Shown: positions 9,694 to 20,654, counted from the first letter of the stretch. The stretch: 64,000 bases of DNA from Clostridia bacterium (GCA_045631485.1 JAZQUU010000028.1:241-64240); one strand, 5' to 3'. The notes: generated by a model not told the origin, from the letters alone. Translations and numbers: made by a program.

Positions 9694-11304
9694 ATGAGAA
9701 AGATAATATGTTTATGTCTGTCTTTGGTCTTAATGTCCTTGTCTACAACAGTTCATGCAAGCCTTGATATCATCAATACTCAAGGAAGCATAACGATAAA
9801 AGGCATGGTATCTTCAGGAGAGCTGGACTATGCAACAGAAGCAACTGTTACAGTGTTTGATGAAGATGGAAATCTTAATTACATAGATGTCATTCCTGTT
9901 TCAAAGGATGGAACCGCAGAATTTTTGTATGATAATCAGGGTAATAGCGGTGATTATGAATTTTATGTTGATATCAGCGCGTTTAATATTATCGAAAGAG
10001 CAACTCTCGAGGGCTTTGTTGGCAAAGATTATTGGGATTTGTTTATCAGCAGAATGTCAGGTTTTGCGCAAAATAGAGCTTATGACGATTTAAAAACAAA
10101 TCTGTTTGCTGAAAAAGAAAGAGGATTGCTGGAATTCGACGATTCTTTGTATAACTCATTGACAGATAAAGATACTGTTTGGGTAGTTATGTCGGAAGAC
10201 TGTGCGGCACCATATCAGAATGTAGATGAGATTCTGAAGGGATTTCAACAGGCGGTATATCTCTGCAAAATGAACGAAGCAAATGACGCTGCAGCTTGGT
10301 ATGAATTCATGAAAGAATCCCTTGGCTCTGTGATTCCTCTTGGGGAAAGCGGTATTGTAATTGATGAATATACCGTAGAAACCAAGACTGCTGTTTTGGC
10401 ATCAATTGCAAACACAGATTATTCCAAAACAACAGATGCTAGCGAGGCATTGCTGAAGGCAGGGCTTTTTAAGGCGATTGAAAATGCATATCATTATACT
10501 GATGTGAAATCGGCGGTGAAAGCTTATTACAATGCGGGATATATTACTGCAAACCCGCAAAACATCACTGAAAATCAGTATAAAAACGCAAAGGGATCCC
10601 GTGTGAACAGTTACAGCGATGTGAACAGTTTATTTGTAACTTCCGGCACTATTCCTAATGGTGGTTCCAATATTGAAACCTCATTTGGTGGCGGAGCTGT
10701 ATCCCATGCCCCTGCAGTTTTACAACCCATTTCAGAAACTGTTAGCGAGCAAAGCGGTAAGATGACTTTTTCCGATATGGAAGATGCAAAATGGGCTCTC
10801 AAACAAGTAGAGCTGCTCTATGAAAAAGGAATCATCAACGGAACCGGTGATGGCATGTACAGTCCTCATAAAAACGTTACTCGAGCTGAAATGGCAAAAA
10901 TGCTGGTGATTCTTGGTGGGTATGATATTGTTCCTTGTGATATTCCGTTTAACGATGTTGACCCCAATGCCTGGTATTATCCATATATCTGCACAGCATA
11001 TCAAAATGGAATATTTAATGGAATCAGTGGAAATGAATTTGGGGTTGACAGAAATATCACACGTCAGGAACAGGCTGTAGTACTATATCGATTGCTTGCA
11101 CAAAAGCAGGTCGAAATGTCGCAAGATTCAAAGGGTTTTGCAGATGAAGAAAATATCGGTTCATGGGCTCGTGATGCAGTATATTCTCTTCGTCAAAAAG
11201 GTATTGTATCCGGTAGAGGCGGAAATCTGTTTTGTCCGAATGAAGCGGTAACAAGAGCAGAAGCTGCTGTTTTTATAGCGAATGCTTATAGTCACATTTT
11301 ATAA
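9694..11304 (+). CDS. Cell-surface protein with three C-terminal SLH domains
   Basis: Signal peptide; three SLH repeats (e.g. FSDMEDAKWA...GIINGTGDGMYSPHKNVTRAEMAKML) after a Gly/Ser-rich linker. Confidence 0.85.
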   Translation: MRKIICLCLSLVLMSLSTTVHASLDIINTQGSITIKGMVSSGELDYATEATVTVFDEDGNLNYIDVIPVSKDGTAEFLYDNQGNSGDYEFYVDISAFNIIERATLEGFVGKDYWDLFISRMSGFAQNRAYDDLKTNLFAEKERGLLEFDDSLYNSLTDKDTVWVVMSEDCAAPYQNVDEILKGFQQAVYLCKMNEANDAAAWYEFMKESLGSVIPLGESGIVIDEYTVETKTAVLASIANTDYSKTTDASEALLKAGLFKAIENAYHYTDVKSAVKAYYNAGYITANPQNITENQYKNAKGSRVNSYSDVNSLFVTSGTIPNGGSNIETSFGGGAVSHAPAVLQPISETVSEQSGKMTFSDMEDAKWALKQVELLYEKGIINGTGDGMYSPHKNVTRAEMAKMLVILGGYDIVPCDIPFNDVDPNAWYYPYICTAYQNGIFNGISGNEFGVDRNITRQEQAVVLYRLLAQKQVEMSQDSKGFADEENIGSWARDAVYSLRQKGIVSGRGGNLFCPNEAVTRAEAAVFIANAYSHIL

Positions 11305-11315
11305 GGAGGGGTTGT

Positions 11316-13919
11316 ATGAAAAAGATAATATCAATTTTATGTCTGATGTCCATTCTTATGCAATGTGTGATTGTTGCCCAAGCGGAAGATTCCAATACGA
11401 TTACTGAACAAATGGAAACCATTTATCAGCTTGGAATTATGGCAGATGTCAACCAGTCAAATGAGGAAGTAACAAGATCTGATTTTGCTGAAATGGTATG
11501 TAATCTTTTATATGGAAAAGCAAATATAACGGTTGCAACAAAGTCATATTATCAAGACGTTGACGTATATCACTATGCTGCAGCACCTATCCAGATGCTT
11601 ACTGAACATGGAATTACACAGGGTTATGCTGATGGTAATTTTTATCCTGAGCGCAACATTGCAGTTCACGAGGCCGTAACAATGATTTTAAGAGCGGTTG
11701 GTTATGAATTTCTGTTAAGTTCGGGAGAAAGTGTTCAGTCGATTGCATCAAAAGCAGGGATTGGAAAAGGTTTGAACTTTGGTGCAAATCTGACAAAAGA
11801 AACTGCGGCAGAAATTATTTTTGATGCGTTATATGCTGACACAATGCAAACATCCTTGACTGAAAATGTAGTCAGCAGAGGCGATATCGTTATGTCGGAA
11901 TTCCTTGGCTTGCAGTACAAGGATGGAGTAGTAGATGGTGTTTGCGGAAAGTCCTTATATGATCACTTTGTTCACGAAGGTACCGTATCCATCGATGAAA
12001 CAAAATATACAATCACATGCAAAGTGGATGAATCGTTGCTGGGAAAATATGTCAGATTCTATTACAACGAAGAAGATGACGTAGTAAGAGCAATCGTCCC
12101 CAAAAAGAACACGATTCTTGTAATCGAGGCAGATTCCATTATAGATGCCGATAATTCTAAGATTACTTACAAAACTCAAAATGACAAGGAAAAAACTATA
12201 AGAATTAATGATGGGGCAGATTTGCTTTATAACGGACTCGTCATCAACGACCTTTCTCTCTATCTTCCTCAGAATGGAGAAATTAAGCTGATTGACAGAG
12301 GAGATGACGGGAGCTATGATGTGGTTTTTGTTTCGGAATACACAAGTTATCTGGTTTCAAGAACGAGTGTGTACGATGAAAAGATTACTTTATATAACAC
12401 GCCTGAAAGCATCAACTTAAAAACGTATGACAAATACGAAATTGTTGATCAGAACAATGTTCAGTTAAAGTTGGATGCAATCACTCCGAATGTTGTTATT
12501 AGTGTATACAAAGCAGGAACCAAGCACATCAAGATTGTAAAATCTGATGAAACTGTAACCGGAATGATCACAGAGGTTTGGCTGGATGATGACGGAAGAA
12601 CAGTAATAACGGTTGGAGAACGTCAGATTACTCTGTATAGTCATTGTTATTTTGGTGGTATTTCACTTTCAGCTGGTGCAAACGTTACTGTTCATCTGGA
12701 TGCATTTGGTATCGGAACAGCTATTCAAACTGAAAAAAAGGACGATTGGCAGTTTGGATACCTTATCGCGGCAAGATATATGCCCGGATTGGAAAGTTCT
12801 GTTCATTTAAAGGTACTGACTGCAAGTGGGGAACAGAAGGTATTCAACCTTGTTGATAAAACAAAGATTGATGATGATAAAAAGACTCCTGAAGTGGCTA
12901 TCACATACTTAAATAATGCTTTTCATAATTTTGACGATGAGATTGAAGGTGGAGAAGAGTACAAGAAGGAACTCGTTACCACAAGATTGATGCGGTATAA
13001 ATCGGATGGAGATATCATCACACAACTGGATACACCCATCAAATATGGTCTTTATGAAGAAAGCAATCAACCGGAAATGACACAAAGTGATAAACTGCTT
13101 TTGAGAGTCAAAGGGAATTTATATATCCCTGAAAACAAGAGAGGGTTTAAAGCGGTTTACACGGATTACACTGATTTGCAAGGGGAAGTGTTTTACACAG
13201 AAAGCACCCCAGTGTTTGTTATTCCGACGGTGGAAAATACCGAAGCAGATGAGGAAGATTACACCGTAATTACTGGTAAAGAACTGCTCTCAACCTATGG
13301 CGAGTTTGTTTATATGTCCAGTTATTATACGGATATCAACAGTTTTGTACCGGTAGCCATTGTGGTACGAAAAGATACCTTTAAAAGTAGCGATACAAGA
13401 CTGCTTGTAGTTAATGCGATAAAAAAAGTGTGGGACGAGGATGAAGATGCAGTTGTAACTCAGATAGAGGGATATATCAACGGTTCGCTGACTGCTATGA
13501 CAGTTGATGAAAATAATAGCAGTATGTCCGTTGTAACGCTCAAACAAGGCGATTGTATTGCATATGATATGTATAATCAGAAGTTGCGACTGACTCAAAT
13601 GATTTATAGAGCAGATGGGGGAGGCACCCTTAACGACAATTATTTTTGGTCAAAAAATAATGAATCTCTCTTTAACGTATCATTCCGTGCCATCATAGGA
13701 AGAGCAGGGGCTATCAATGGTAGTTATATGCATTTAAAAATTGATAGCGAAAGCAAGATTGATGAATTGATCGAGCTTCCGAGCAACATTGCATTTTTCG
13801 ATTCGTCTAAACCTACAAAATCCATTCATATGGGAGACTCTTCAGGAATATCGGCAAACGATATTGTAATTGTTTCCTCTAGACAAGGCGTACAACAAGA
13901 TGTTATTGTGATAAAGTAA
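11316..13919 (+). CDS. S-layer-type protein with N-terminal SLH domains
   Basis: Signal peptide; SLH motif YYQDVDVYHYAAAPIQMLTEHGITQGYADGNFYPERNI; large acidic beta-rich body. Confidence 0.8.
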   Translation: MKKIISILCLMSILMQCVIVAQAEDSNTITEQMETIYQLGIMADVNQSNEEVTRSDFAEMVCNLLYGKANITVATKSYYQDVDVYHYAAAPIQMLTEHGITQGYADGNFYPERNIAVHEAVTMILRAVGYEFLLSSGESVQSIASKAGIGKGLNFGANLTKETAAEIIFDALYADTMQTSLTENVVSRGDIVMSEFLGLQYKDGVVDGVCGKSLYDHFVHEGTVSIDETKYTITCKVDESLLGKYVRFYYNEEDDVVRAIVPKKNTILVIEADSIIDADNSKITYKTQNDKEKTIRINDGADLLYNGLVINDLSLYLPQNGEIKLIDRGDDGSYDVVFVSEYTSYLVSRTSVYDEKITLYNTPESINLKTYDKYEIVDQNNVQLKLDAITPNVVISVYKAGTKHIKIVKSDETVTGMITEVWLDDDGRTVITVGERQITLYSHCYFGGISLSAGANVTVHLDAFGIGTAIQTEKKDDWQFGYLIAARYMPGLESSVHLKVLTASGEQKVFNLVDKTKIDDDKKTPEVAITYLNNAFHNFDDEIEGGEEYKKELVTTRLMRYKSDGDIITQLDTPIKYGLYEESNQPEMTQSDKLLLRVKGNLYIPENKRGFKAVYTDYTDLQGEVFYTESTPVFVIPTVENTEADEEDYTVITGKELLSTYGEFVYMSSYYTDINSFVPVAIVVRKDTFKSSDTRLLVVNAIKKVWDEDEDAVVTQIEGYINGSLTAMTVDENNSSMSVVTLKQGDCIAYDMYNQKLRLTQMIYRADGGGTLNDNYFWSKNNESLFNVSFRAIIGRAGAINGSYMHLKIDSESKIDELIELPSNIAFFDSSKPTKSIHMGDSSGISANDIVIVSSRQGVQQDVIVIK

Positions 13920-14009
13920 GTCTGATTTCCAATAATCATTTAACGCCGTTTGGAACTTCGTGCAAATAAAATTTTAATAAACATTTTTTCAAAAGAAAGG
14001 ATGACAAAA

Positions 14010-15389
14010 ATGAAAACAAGAATTAAGGTAGCAAGCTTAATTATGTCCCTGGTACTTGCTGTAACCATGTTAGTTGGCTGTGGTGCAAAAGAAGTTGACA
14101 ACACATTAGCCATCGGTAACTGGCCGAATGCAGAGGCGAATCCAAAAGGATACGAACTGTATGAAACCAAAAAAGCAGATTTTGAAGCTGCAAATCCCGG
14201 CGTTACTATTCAGCCTGATGAGTGGAGATACGATGTGCAAACCTTCTTAGCAAAAGCAGAAGGCGAAACCTTACCTGATATCTATTACACTCATTTTACC
14301 GAAATCAATAAGATTATTGAAGGCGGTTACGCAAAAGATATCAAACCCGCATTGGTTGAACATGGTTATTACGACAAAATGCCTGAAAACCTGTTGAAAC
14401 TGGTGGAACAGGACGGCAAAGTATATTTCATTCCTGTAGAATGTTACACTGTCGGTATGGCTCTGAATCTGGACTTATTTGAACAGGCAGGTTTAATGGA
14501 GGAAGATGGAACTCCTAAGGCGCCTAAAGATTTAAACGAGCTGATTACCATTGCAACAACCATTACCGAAAAAACCGGTAAACCCGGCTTCATTTATCCT
14601 ACCACCAACAATCAGGGCGGTTGGTATTTCACCATGCTGGCTTGGAACTATGGTGTTGAATTTGTAACCAAAGAAGATGGTCAGTGGAAAGCAACCTTCA
14701 ATAACGAAGATTGTGTTGCAGCATTACAGTACTTAAAAGACTTAAAATGGAAATACAATGTAATGCCTGCCAACACCTTAGTAGATATGAACGAAGTGAA
14801 CAAACAGATTGGTAGCGGCACTGTCGGTATGGGCTTTATGGCTCCCAACCAGATTAACGCTATGGTTCAGAACTACGGTGCAAATAAAGATGCAATCGGT
14901 TTCACTTATCTGCCTGCAGGCCCGAAAGGTAATGTAACCTTAACCGGTGGTACTGTTTTAGCTTTTGCGAACACTGCTTCCGACGATGATGTTATCAATG
15001 GTTTCAAATGGATGGAAATTGAAAACTACACTCCCAACTTAAGTGAAGAGTACAAAATCAATTTCGAAAAGGACAGAGCATTGGCTCTGGAAAGAGGCCA
15101 GCTGGTAGGTGTTATTGATTCTCCCATCTGGAACGACAAATCCGATATCTTCAGCTATAAGAGCCAGCGTACTATGGAAGATTGCAACGTAAACTACAAT
15201 CATATCAAACTGTTCAACGAAAACAGACTGGATGTGCATCCTGAAGTTGAAGTTGGTGCGCAGGAACTCTATGCGTTACTGGATGCTTGTATCCAGGAAG
15301 TTCTGACCAATCCTGATGCAGATTGTGCTACTTTGATTGCACAGGCAGCAAGCGATTTCCAACATAACTGCTTAGACTACGAAAACTAA
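14010..15389 (+). CDS. Carbohydrate ABC transporter substrate-binding lipoprotein
   Basis: Start moved to ATG 14010 after RBS GAAAGGA; lipobox LVGC; extracellular solute-binding family 1 features; followed by two permeases. Confidence 0.9.
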   Translation: MKTRIKVASLIMSLVLAVTMLVGCGAKEVDNTLAIGNWPNAEANPKGYELYETKKADFEAANPGVTIQPDEWRYDVQTFLAKAEGETLPDIYYTHFTEINKIIEGGYAKDIKPALVEHGYYDKMPENLLKLVEQDGKVYFIPVECYTVGMALNLDLFEQAGLMEEDGTPKAPKDLNELITIATTITEKTGKPGFIYPTTNNQGGWYFTMLAWNYGVEFVTKEDGQWKATFNNEDCVAALQYLKDLKWKYNVMPANTLVDMNEVNKQIGSGTVGMGFMAPNQINAMVQNYGANKDAIGFTYLPAGPKGNVTLTGGTVLAFANTASDDDVINGFKWMEIENYTPNLSEEYKINFEKDRALALERGQLVGVIDSPIWNDKSDIFSYKSQRTMEDCNVNYNHIKLFNENRLDVHPEVEVGAQELYALLDACIQEVLTNPDADCATLIAQAASDFQHNCLDYEN

Positions 15390-15420
15390 TTTTTGATTTT
15401 ACTATTTAGGAGATTGTTTC

Positions 15421-16341
15421 ATGAAACAAGAAAAAAACATGAAGAAAAAGAAAGAAAAAAGCAAACTCTCCGAGATTAGAAAAAGTATTCCCGGATGGAT
15501 GCTGATATTTCCTGCATTGTTTCTTGTATATTTCCTGATTGTTAGACCCCAGGTGTTGGGGATTGCATATTCCTTTGCCGATATGAAGGGTTTTAAGATT
15601 GTAGGATTCGCCGGACTTGACAACTATGTCAGAGTGTTGAAAGATTCCATGTTCTTAAAATTGCTCGGAAACACACTTGCTTATACCTTCTGGTCTGTTA
15701 TTATCGGATATTTTATTCCGATTGTTCTTGCTCTTGCAGTCAATGAAATGGTTCATTTCAGAAATGGATTTCGAACCATGTTGTATTTCCCGTCTGCTCT
15801 TCCAGGAGTTGCAGTTATGATGCTCTGGTATTTTATGTATTATCCGGATGCTTCGGGGTTGTTCAACACCATTTTAAATGGATTGGGAATGGATTCCTAC
15901 GGTTGGCTGCAGGATGCAAAGAGAACGATTCCGTTCATTGTTCTATCAATGACATGGCACGGAGCCGGTACATCAATGTTGTATTATTTTGCGGCTTTAC
16001 AGGGTGTAAATCGTGAATTGTACGAGGCGGCTACCATTGATGGGGCAGGATTCTTTAAAAGAATCCGAACCGTTGCATTGCCACATATTGCTCCCATATC
16101 CTTGTTGTTTCTGGTAAAACAAATTATTGCGGTGTTCTCCGTTATGGAACAACCGATGCAGATGACAGACGGTGGTCCCAACAATGCGTCTATGTCGTTG
16201 GGACTGCAAGCATATCGGTATGCGTTTGTGCAAGGGAAGCCACAGCTTGGTATGGCATTGTCTATGATTATGTTTGTGATTCTTTTGATTGCAACCATTT
16301 TCTACTTTAAAATGGACAAGAAGTTATCTAACAATCTGTAA
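15421..16341 (+). CDS. Carbohydrate ABC transporter permease (MalF-like)
   Basis: Multiple TM segments; EAA motif ELYEAATIDGAG. Confidence 0.92.
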   Translation: MKQEKNMKKKKEKSKLSEIRKSIPGWMLIFPALFLVYFLIVRPQVLGIAYSFADMKGFKIVGFAGLDNYVRVLKDSMFLKLLGNTLAYTFWSVIIGYFIPIVLALAVNEMVHFRNGFRTMLYFPSALPGVAVMMLWYFMYYPDASGLFNTILNGLGMDSYGWLQDAKRTIPFIVLSMTWHGAGTSMLYYFAALQGVNRELYEAATIDGAGFFKRIRTVALPHIAPISLLFLVKQIIAVFSVMEQPMQMTDGGPNNASMSLGLQAYRYAFVQGKPQLGMALSMIMFVILLIATIFYFKMDKKLSNNL

Positions 16342-16355
16342 AGGAGGGGAGTAAG

Positions 16356-17243
16356 ATGCGTTATAAAATGGACAAAGGCGCACTGAGTGCGCTGGATATG
16401 AAACAGAAAAAATATAAAGTTTTTTACTGGTCAATCTTTACAACTCTCCTCTTGGGTGCCTTGCTTATTTGCATTTTCCCGGTGGTATGGGTTATTTCCA
16501 TGGGATTTAAGGATGCAAACGAAATATACAACCAGTCCTCCGGTTTCTTTCCCAAAGAATTTAATTTTGGGAAAATTGCTACCGTGTGGAACGAAATGAA
16601 GTTCTATAAGTATTATCTGAACACTTTTGTTATGGCAGCAGGGAATATTGCTTTTACAATTGTTATATGCGGACTTGCCGGATATGTGCTTTCTAAAGTA
16701 AAGCCGTTGGGACACAGAGTGCTTTTTACAATTCTGTTTACGTTGACCTTAATGCCCGGTACGGCAAGAACCGTTCCCTTGTATATGACCTTTAAAGATT
16801 TTCCATATTTACATATCAATATGTTAAACAGTTTCTGGCCTTTATGGCTGATGGCTGCAACCAACATTTTCAATATGATTTTGTTTAAGAATTTCTTTGA
16901 TGGAATCCCCACTGCACTGGTAGAAGCGGCAAGAATTGACGGAGCATCCAATCTGACGATTTTCTTCAGGATTATGATTCCTTTGGCGATGCCGATTTTC
17001 TGGGTAGTTGGTTTGTTTACCTTCAATGATTCTATGGGAAGCTTTTTCTGGCCCTATTTATTGATAACTGATGCAAATAAAACTGTGTTGGGTGTTCAGC
17101 TCTACAGATTGAGAACTTCAACATTCTCTATTGATTATCAGCTCCTCGGTTTATTATTTTCAATGTTACCGCAGATTGTGATTTTTGCCTTCTTCCAAAA
17201 GAGAATTATGGGCGGAATTAATATCGGTGGTGTAAAAGGATAA
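16356..17243 (+). CDS. Carbohydrate ABC transporter permease (MalG-like)
   Basis: Multiple TM segments; EAA motif ALVEAARIDGAS. Confidence 0.92.
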   Translation: MRYKMDKGALSALDMKQKKYKVFYWSIFTTLLLGALLICIFPVVWVISMGFKDANEIYNQSSGFFPKEFNFGKIATVWNEMKFYKYYLNTFVMAAGNIAFTIVICGLAGYVLSKVKPLGHRVLFTILFTLTLMPGTARTVPLYMTFKDFPYLHINMLNSFWPLWLMAATNIFNMILFKNFFDGIPTALVEAARIDGASNLTIFFRIMIPLAMPIFWVVGLFTFNDSMGSFFWPYLLITDANKTVLGVQLYRLRTSTFSIDYQLLGLLFSMLPQIVIFAFFQKRIMGGINIGGVKG

Positions 17244-17332
17244 AAACCGCGGAAGCAGATGGTTGCCGGATACGGAATATCCGGGTAACCGGGAGTTACA
17301 TCATACGAGCTGTGTATTGATTGTATAAAAAA

Positions 17333-17360
17333 GCACTCACCTGCATTTGCAGGTGAGTGC
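17333..17360. terminator. Perfect hairpin between convergent permease and araC genes (probable terminator)
   Basis: GCACTCACCTGCA-TT-TGCAGGTGAGTGC, preceded by an A-run (a U-tract on the minus strand). A second hairpin lies at 17261-17290. Confidence 0.7.
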
Positions 17361-17382
17361 AATCCCAAATAAAATCGATTTT

Positions 17383-18240
17383 TTACAGTAAAGAAAAGTT
17401 GTTATAATAGTTTTTCTTATAAGTCAGCGGAGACATATTAAAGTGCTTTTTAAATAATCTGGAAAAGTGATACACACTTTGAAATCCCGTGTATTCTGAA
17501 ATCTCTGTAATAGAGAGGTTGGACGATACAATTAAGTCCTTTGCGTGATTTAATTTTTTGTTAATGAGATACTGTTTCGGTGAAGTGTTAAACTTCTTAG
17601 CGAAAATTTTATTGTAGTAGGGCATGCTGATGCCCGCCATAACAGCCAAGTCGGAACAGTTAAAATCAGATTTCAAGTAATTGTTGTCCATATATTCAAT
17701 GGTTTTCTCAATTAACTGATACTGTTCTTTTGGCAAATAAGATTGATTATTCATTTTTTGCATCATTGCAAAAATCTGATAAATAAAAGAAACACAGGTT
17801 GATTTGTATCCGATACTCTGAGCAGACCAGGTGTTTCTCATTTTTTCAAACAACGGTTTAATTTCGTGGAAGTAATGAGAACAGGGGTAAACCTCAATTT
17901 CTTTTGCGATCAGCTTATCGCAGGAAAACTGAAACGCGATATGACCATTAAACTGATAATCTTCCACTCGGTATTCTTTTATCGGAGGATTCACGATTTC
18001 GGTTGCTGCGTGTGGCATCAATACAATACAGCAATCCTCAATATGTGCTTCCACACCGTTATAATAAAAAGTACGGTTGCAGGGTGGGAATAGTACCAAC
18101 TCATAAAAATCTACAGAATTGTAGTAACTTTCTAAAGTCGGATTGCTATTTAGAGTTTTTGTTTGCAAGGATGAATCTAAAATACGTCCGAAAACGCGAA
18201 TTACATCAATTTTAAGGTTATCGTGTTCGTAAAAAGCCAT
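17383..18240 (-). CDS. AraC-family transcriptional regulator
   Basis: C-terminal double HTH (SITEISEYTGFQSVYHFSRLFKKHFNMSP); start at ATG 18240 after GGGAGG. Confidence 0.93.
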   Translation of the reverse strand: MAFYEHDNLKIDVIRVFGRILDSSLQTKTLNSNPTLESYYNSVDFYELVLFPPCNRTFYYNGVEAHIEDCCIVLMPHAATEIVNPPIKEYRVEDYQFNGHIAFQFSCDKLIAKEIEVYPCSHYFHEIKPLFEKMRNTWSAQSIGYKSTCVSFIYQIFAMMQKMNNQSYLPKEQYQLIEKTIEYMDNNYLKSDFNCSDLAVMAGISMPYYNKIFAKKFNTSPKQYLINKKLNHAKDLIVSSNLSITEISEYTGFQSVYHFSRLFKKHFNMSPLTYKKNYYNNFSLL

Positions 18241-18478
18241 AAAAACCTCCCAAATCAGTATAGATTGTAGAGTTATCATAGCATATCAAAGTCGAAAAAT
18301 CAAGATTTTTGTATTGAAAACGTTAAAAATATTAATGGCGTAAAACTTTTTATACAAGTCTTTTATATATAAACAAACTGTTTCAACGAATGGAAATCAC
18401 TGTAAAAACAATGATTTTCATTGAAATAAAATCACTAAGTTATATTTGTTAATAAATACAGGAAAGCGAGCGAAGCCT

Positions 18479-20626
18479 ATGTTTAGTATCATTACCGACA
18501 AAAATACACGTTATAATGAAAATGCAGTATACTGCTTCTATAAGGAGGTTACTGTCACTGCGCTTTGTGAAAGTAGTGTCAGAATTTTTGCGGATGCACG
18601 ATACAAGATGTATGTTAACGGTGTGTTGGTTGCGGTAGGCCCCTGCAGACAGACCTCTGAAACCAAGTATTACGATACCGTGAATATCACCAGATACTTG
18701 CAAAAGGGAACGAATAAAATTGAAATTAAAGTATTGCAGCTTTCCAATGATTTATACCATAGAGGAGAGGGCTTGTTAGTGTCGGTTATCAGTAGCGGAC
18801 ACATGGGGCTTTGTTTGTGGGGAAATGCAGGAGACCAGGAACTTTCCACCGATGATACTTGGTTGGTAGCAAAAGAACAGGGAATTTCGTTTTTTCATGA
18901 AGCAGTATTTGGATTATACAATGTTGCGGCTCTTTATGAAAAAATTGACGGTGCTTGCTATCAGAAGTATGAATTTTCTAACGCAGCGGATATTCAGACC
19001 GTGTATGATTTAGAAGAAGAACAAACCTACAGTTCTTTGATTGAGTTTCCTGTGGCAGAACGAACAATACCGATGATGTATTTTTCAAAGCAAGCGTTCT
19101 TACATATCAAAAACAATGTTTATGATGCAGGGAAAGAAACCTGTGGTTATGTGAAATTACATTGCAAAGGAAAAGGTAGTGTAAAAGTTATTTATGCAGA
19201 GTGCAAATCCTTTGTAGAAGATGGAAAGCTCATTAAACGAAACCGTGACGACGAAAACGGTTTGGTTATCGGCAGTTACGATATCATCACCGTAGATGGT
19301 GAATGCGAGTTTGAACCCTTCTGGATGAGAACCTTCCGTTATATTGAAATCCAAACAGAAGGTGATGTGGAGATTTCTGACTTTTCCTATATCGAAACAG
19401 GATATCCTATTGAAGTTGCCAAGGATTACGATTTTGGCAACGAAACTGACAATAAACTGTTTGATATCAGCGTCAACACCTTAAAACGTTGTATGCACGA
19501 AACCTATATGGACTGTCCTTACTATGAACAGCTCCAGTATGCAATGGATACTTATTTGCAGATTATGTATACTTATCAGTTGACCGATGACAAAGCTTTG
19601 CCCGAAAAAGCAATCGACGATTTTGCGAAAAGTTATCGTGTGGGTGGATTAACACAAGGTCGTTATCCCTCCAACAAGATACAGTATATTCCCGGATTTT
19701 CCTTGTTCTTTGTTTTGATGTTGTATGAACATTCTGCTCGTTTTGGAGATAAAGCATTTTTAAGAGAATATATCCATATTGCAGACGGCGTGATTCAGTG
19801 GTTTACCAAACGGTTAGACGGTTACTTAGTAAAACGAAGCAATTTGTGGGATTTTATTGACTGGTCAGAAGGCTATGAGAAGGGGCAGATCCGTTCCAAA
19901 GAACCCATTACCGTGTATAGTTTAATGTTGGCATACACCTTGGACAGAATGTGCGAAATGCACGGGATGCTGGGCAATCAGATTCCTGAATATTCCATGC
20001 TTTCCGATAAAATTAAACGCGCAGTCCGTTCCAAATGTTTTGACGAAGGAATCGGGCTATATGCAGATTCCCCTGAAAAGGCACACTATTCCCAGCATCA
20101 GCAAATTTGGGCAGTGCTATGCGGAATGGAAACTGAAGACGGTGCTAAGAAACTGCTGGAAAAATCTATGAATCTTACCTGCAAGGTAACTTCTGCATAT
20201 ATGTATTTCTTATTCCGTGCCTTAGAAAAAGCGCAGATGTATGCATTTACCGAAGAATATATCGATTCTTTGAGAAGTTTGGTTGCACTTGGTTGTACGA
20301 CCACTCCTGAATGGGTAGGGGAAGATGTGAGAAGTGAATGTCACGCTTGGAGTGCAGTTGCAATTTATGAATTTACTGCAAAAGTGTTAGGCGTGACTTA
20401 TCAGAATGATGCGATTAAAATTGCTCCTTACATTGTGGGAAGAACTTCTGCGAAAGGTAGTGTTGCCACTCCTGTGGGAATGGTGTACTGTGAATGGTCA
20501 GTAACGGATGCTACCCTAAGTGTGAATGTAAGATTACCGCATAATCAAACCGCCATTCTGACTATGCCTGACGGCACCATTACAGAGGTTACTGACGGCG
20601 TTTATACCTGCGATATTCAGCAGTAA
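18479..20626 (+). CDS. GH78 alpha-L-rhamnosidase (cytoplasmic)
   Basis: Motifs ADARYKMYVNG, ETYMDCPYYEQLQY and SECHAWS; no signal peptide; ATG at 18479. Confidence 0.85.
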   Translation: MFSIITDKNTRYNENAVYCFYKEVTVTALCESSVRIFADARYKMYVNGVLVAVGPCRQTSETKYYDTVNITRYLQKGTNKIEIKVLQLSNDLYHRGEGLLVSVISSGHMGLCLWGNAGDQELSTDDTWLVAKEQGISFFHEAVFGLYNVAALYEKIDGACYQKYEFSNAADIQTVYDLEEEQTYSSLIEFPVAERTIPMMYFSKQAFLHIKNNVYDAGKETCGYVKLHCKGKGSVKVIYAECKSFVEDGKLIKRNRDDENGLVIGSYDIITVDGECEFEPFWMRTFRYIEIQTEGDVEISDFSYIETGYPIEVAKDYDFGNETDNKLFDISVNTLKRCMHETYMDCPYYEQLQYAMDTYLQIMYTYQLTDDKALPEKAIDDFAKSYRVGGLTQGRYPSNKIQYIPGFSLFFVLMLYEHSARFGDKAFLREYIHIADGVIQWFTKRLDGYLVKRSNLWDFIDWSEGYEKGQIRSKEPITVYSLMLAYTLDRMCEMHGMLGNQIPEYSMLSDKIKRAVRSKCFDEGIGLYADSPEKAHYSQHQQIWAVLCGMETEDGAKKLLEKSMNLTCKVTSAYMYFLFRALEKAQMYAFTEEYIDSLRSLVALGCTTTPEWVGEDVRSECHAWSAVAIYEFTAKVLGVTYQNDAIKIAPYIVGRTSAKGSVATPVGMVYCEWSVTDATLSVNVRLPHNQTAILTMPDGTITEVTDGVYTCDIQQ

Positions 20627-20654
20627 TTGATACCAAAGATAAGAGGGGATTTTT

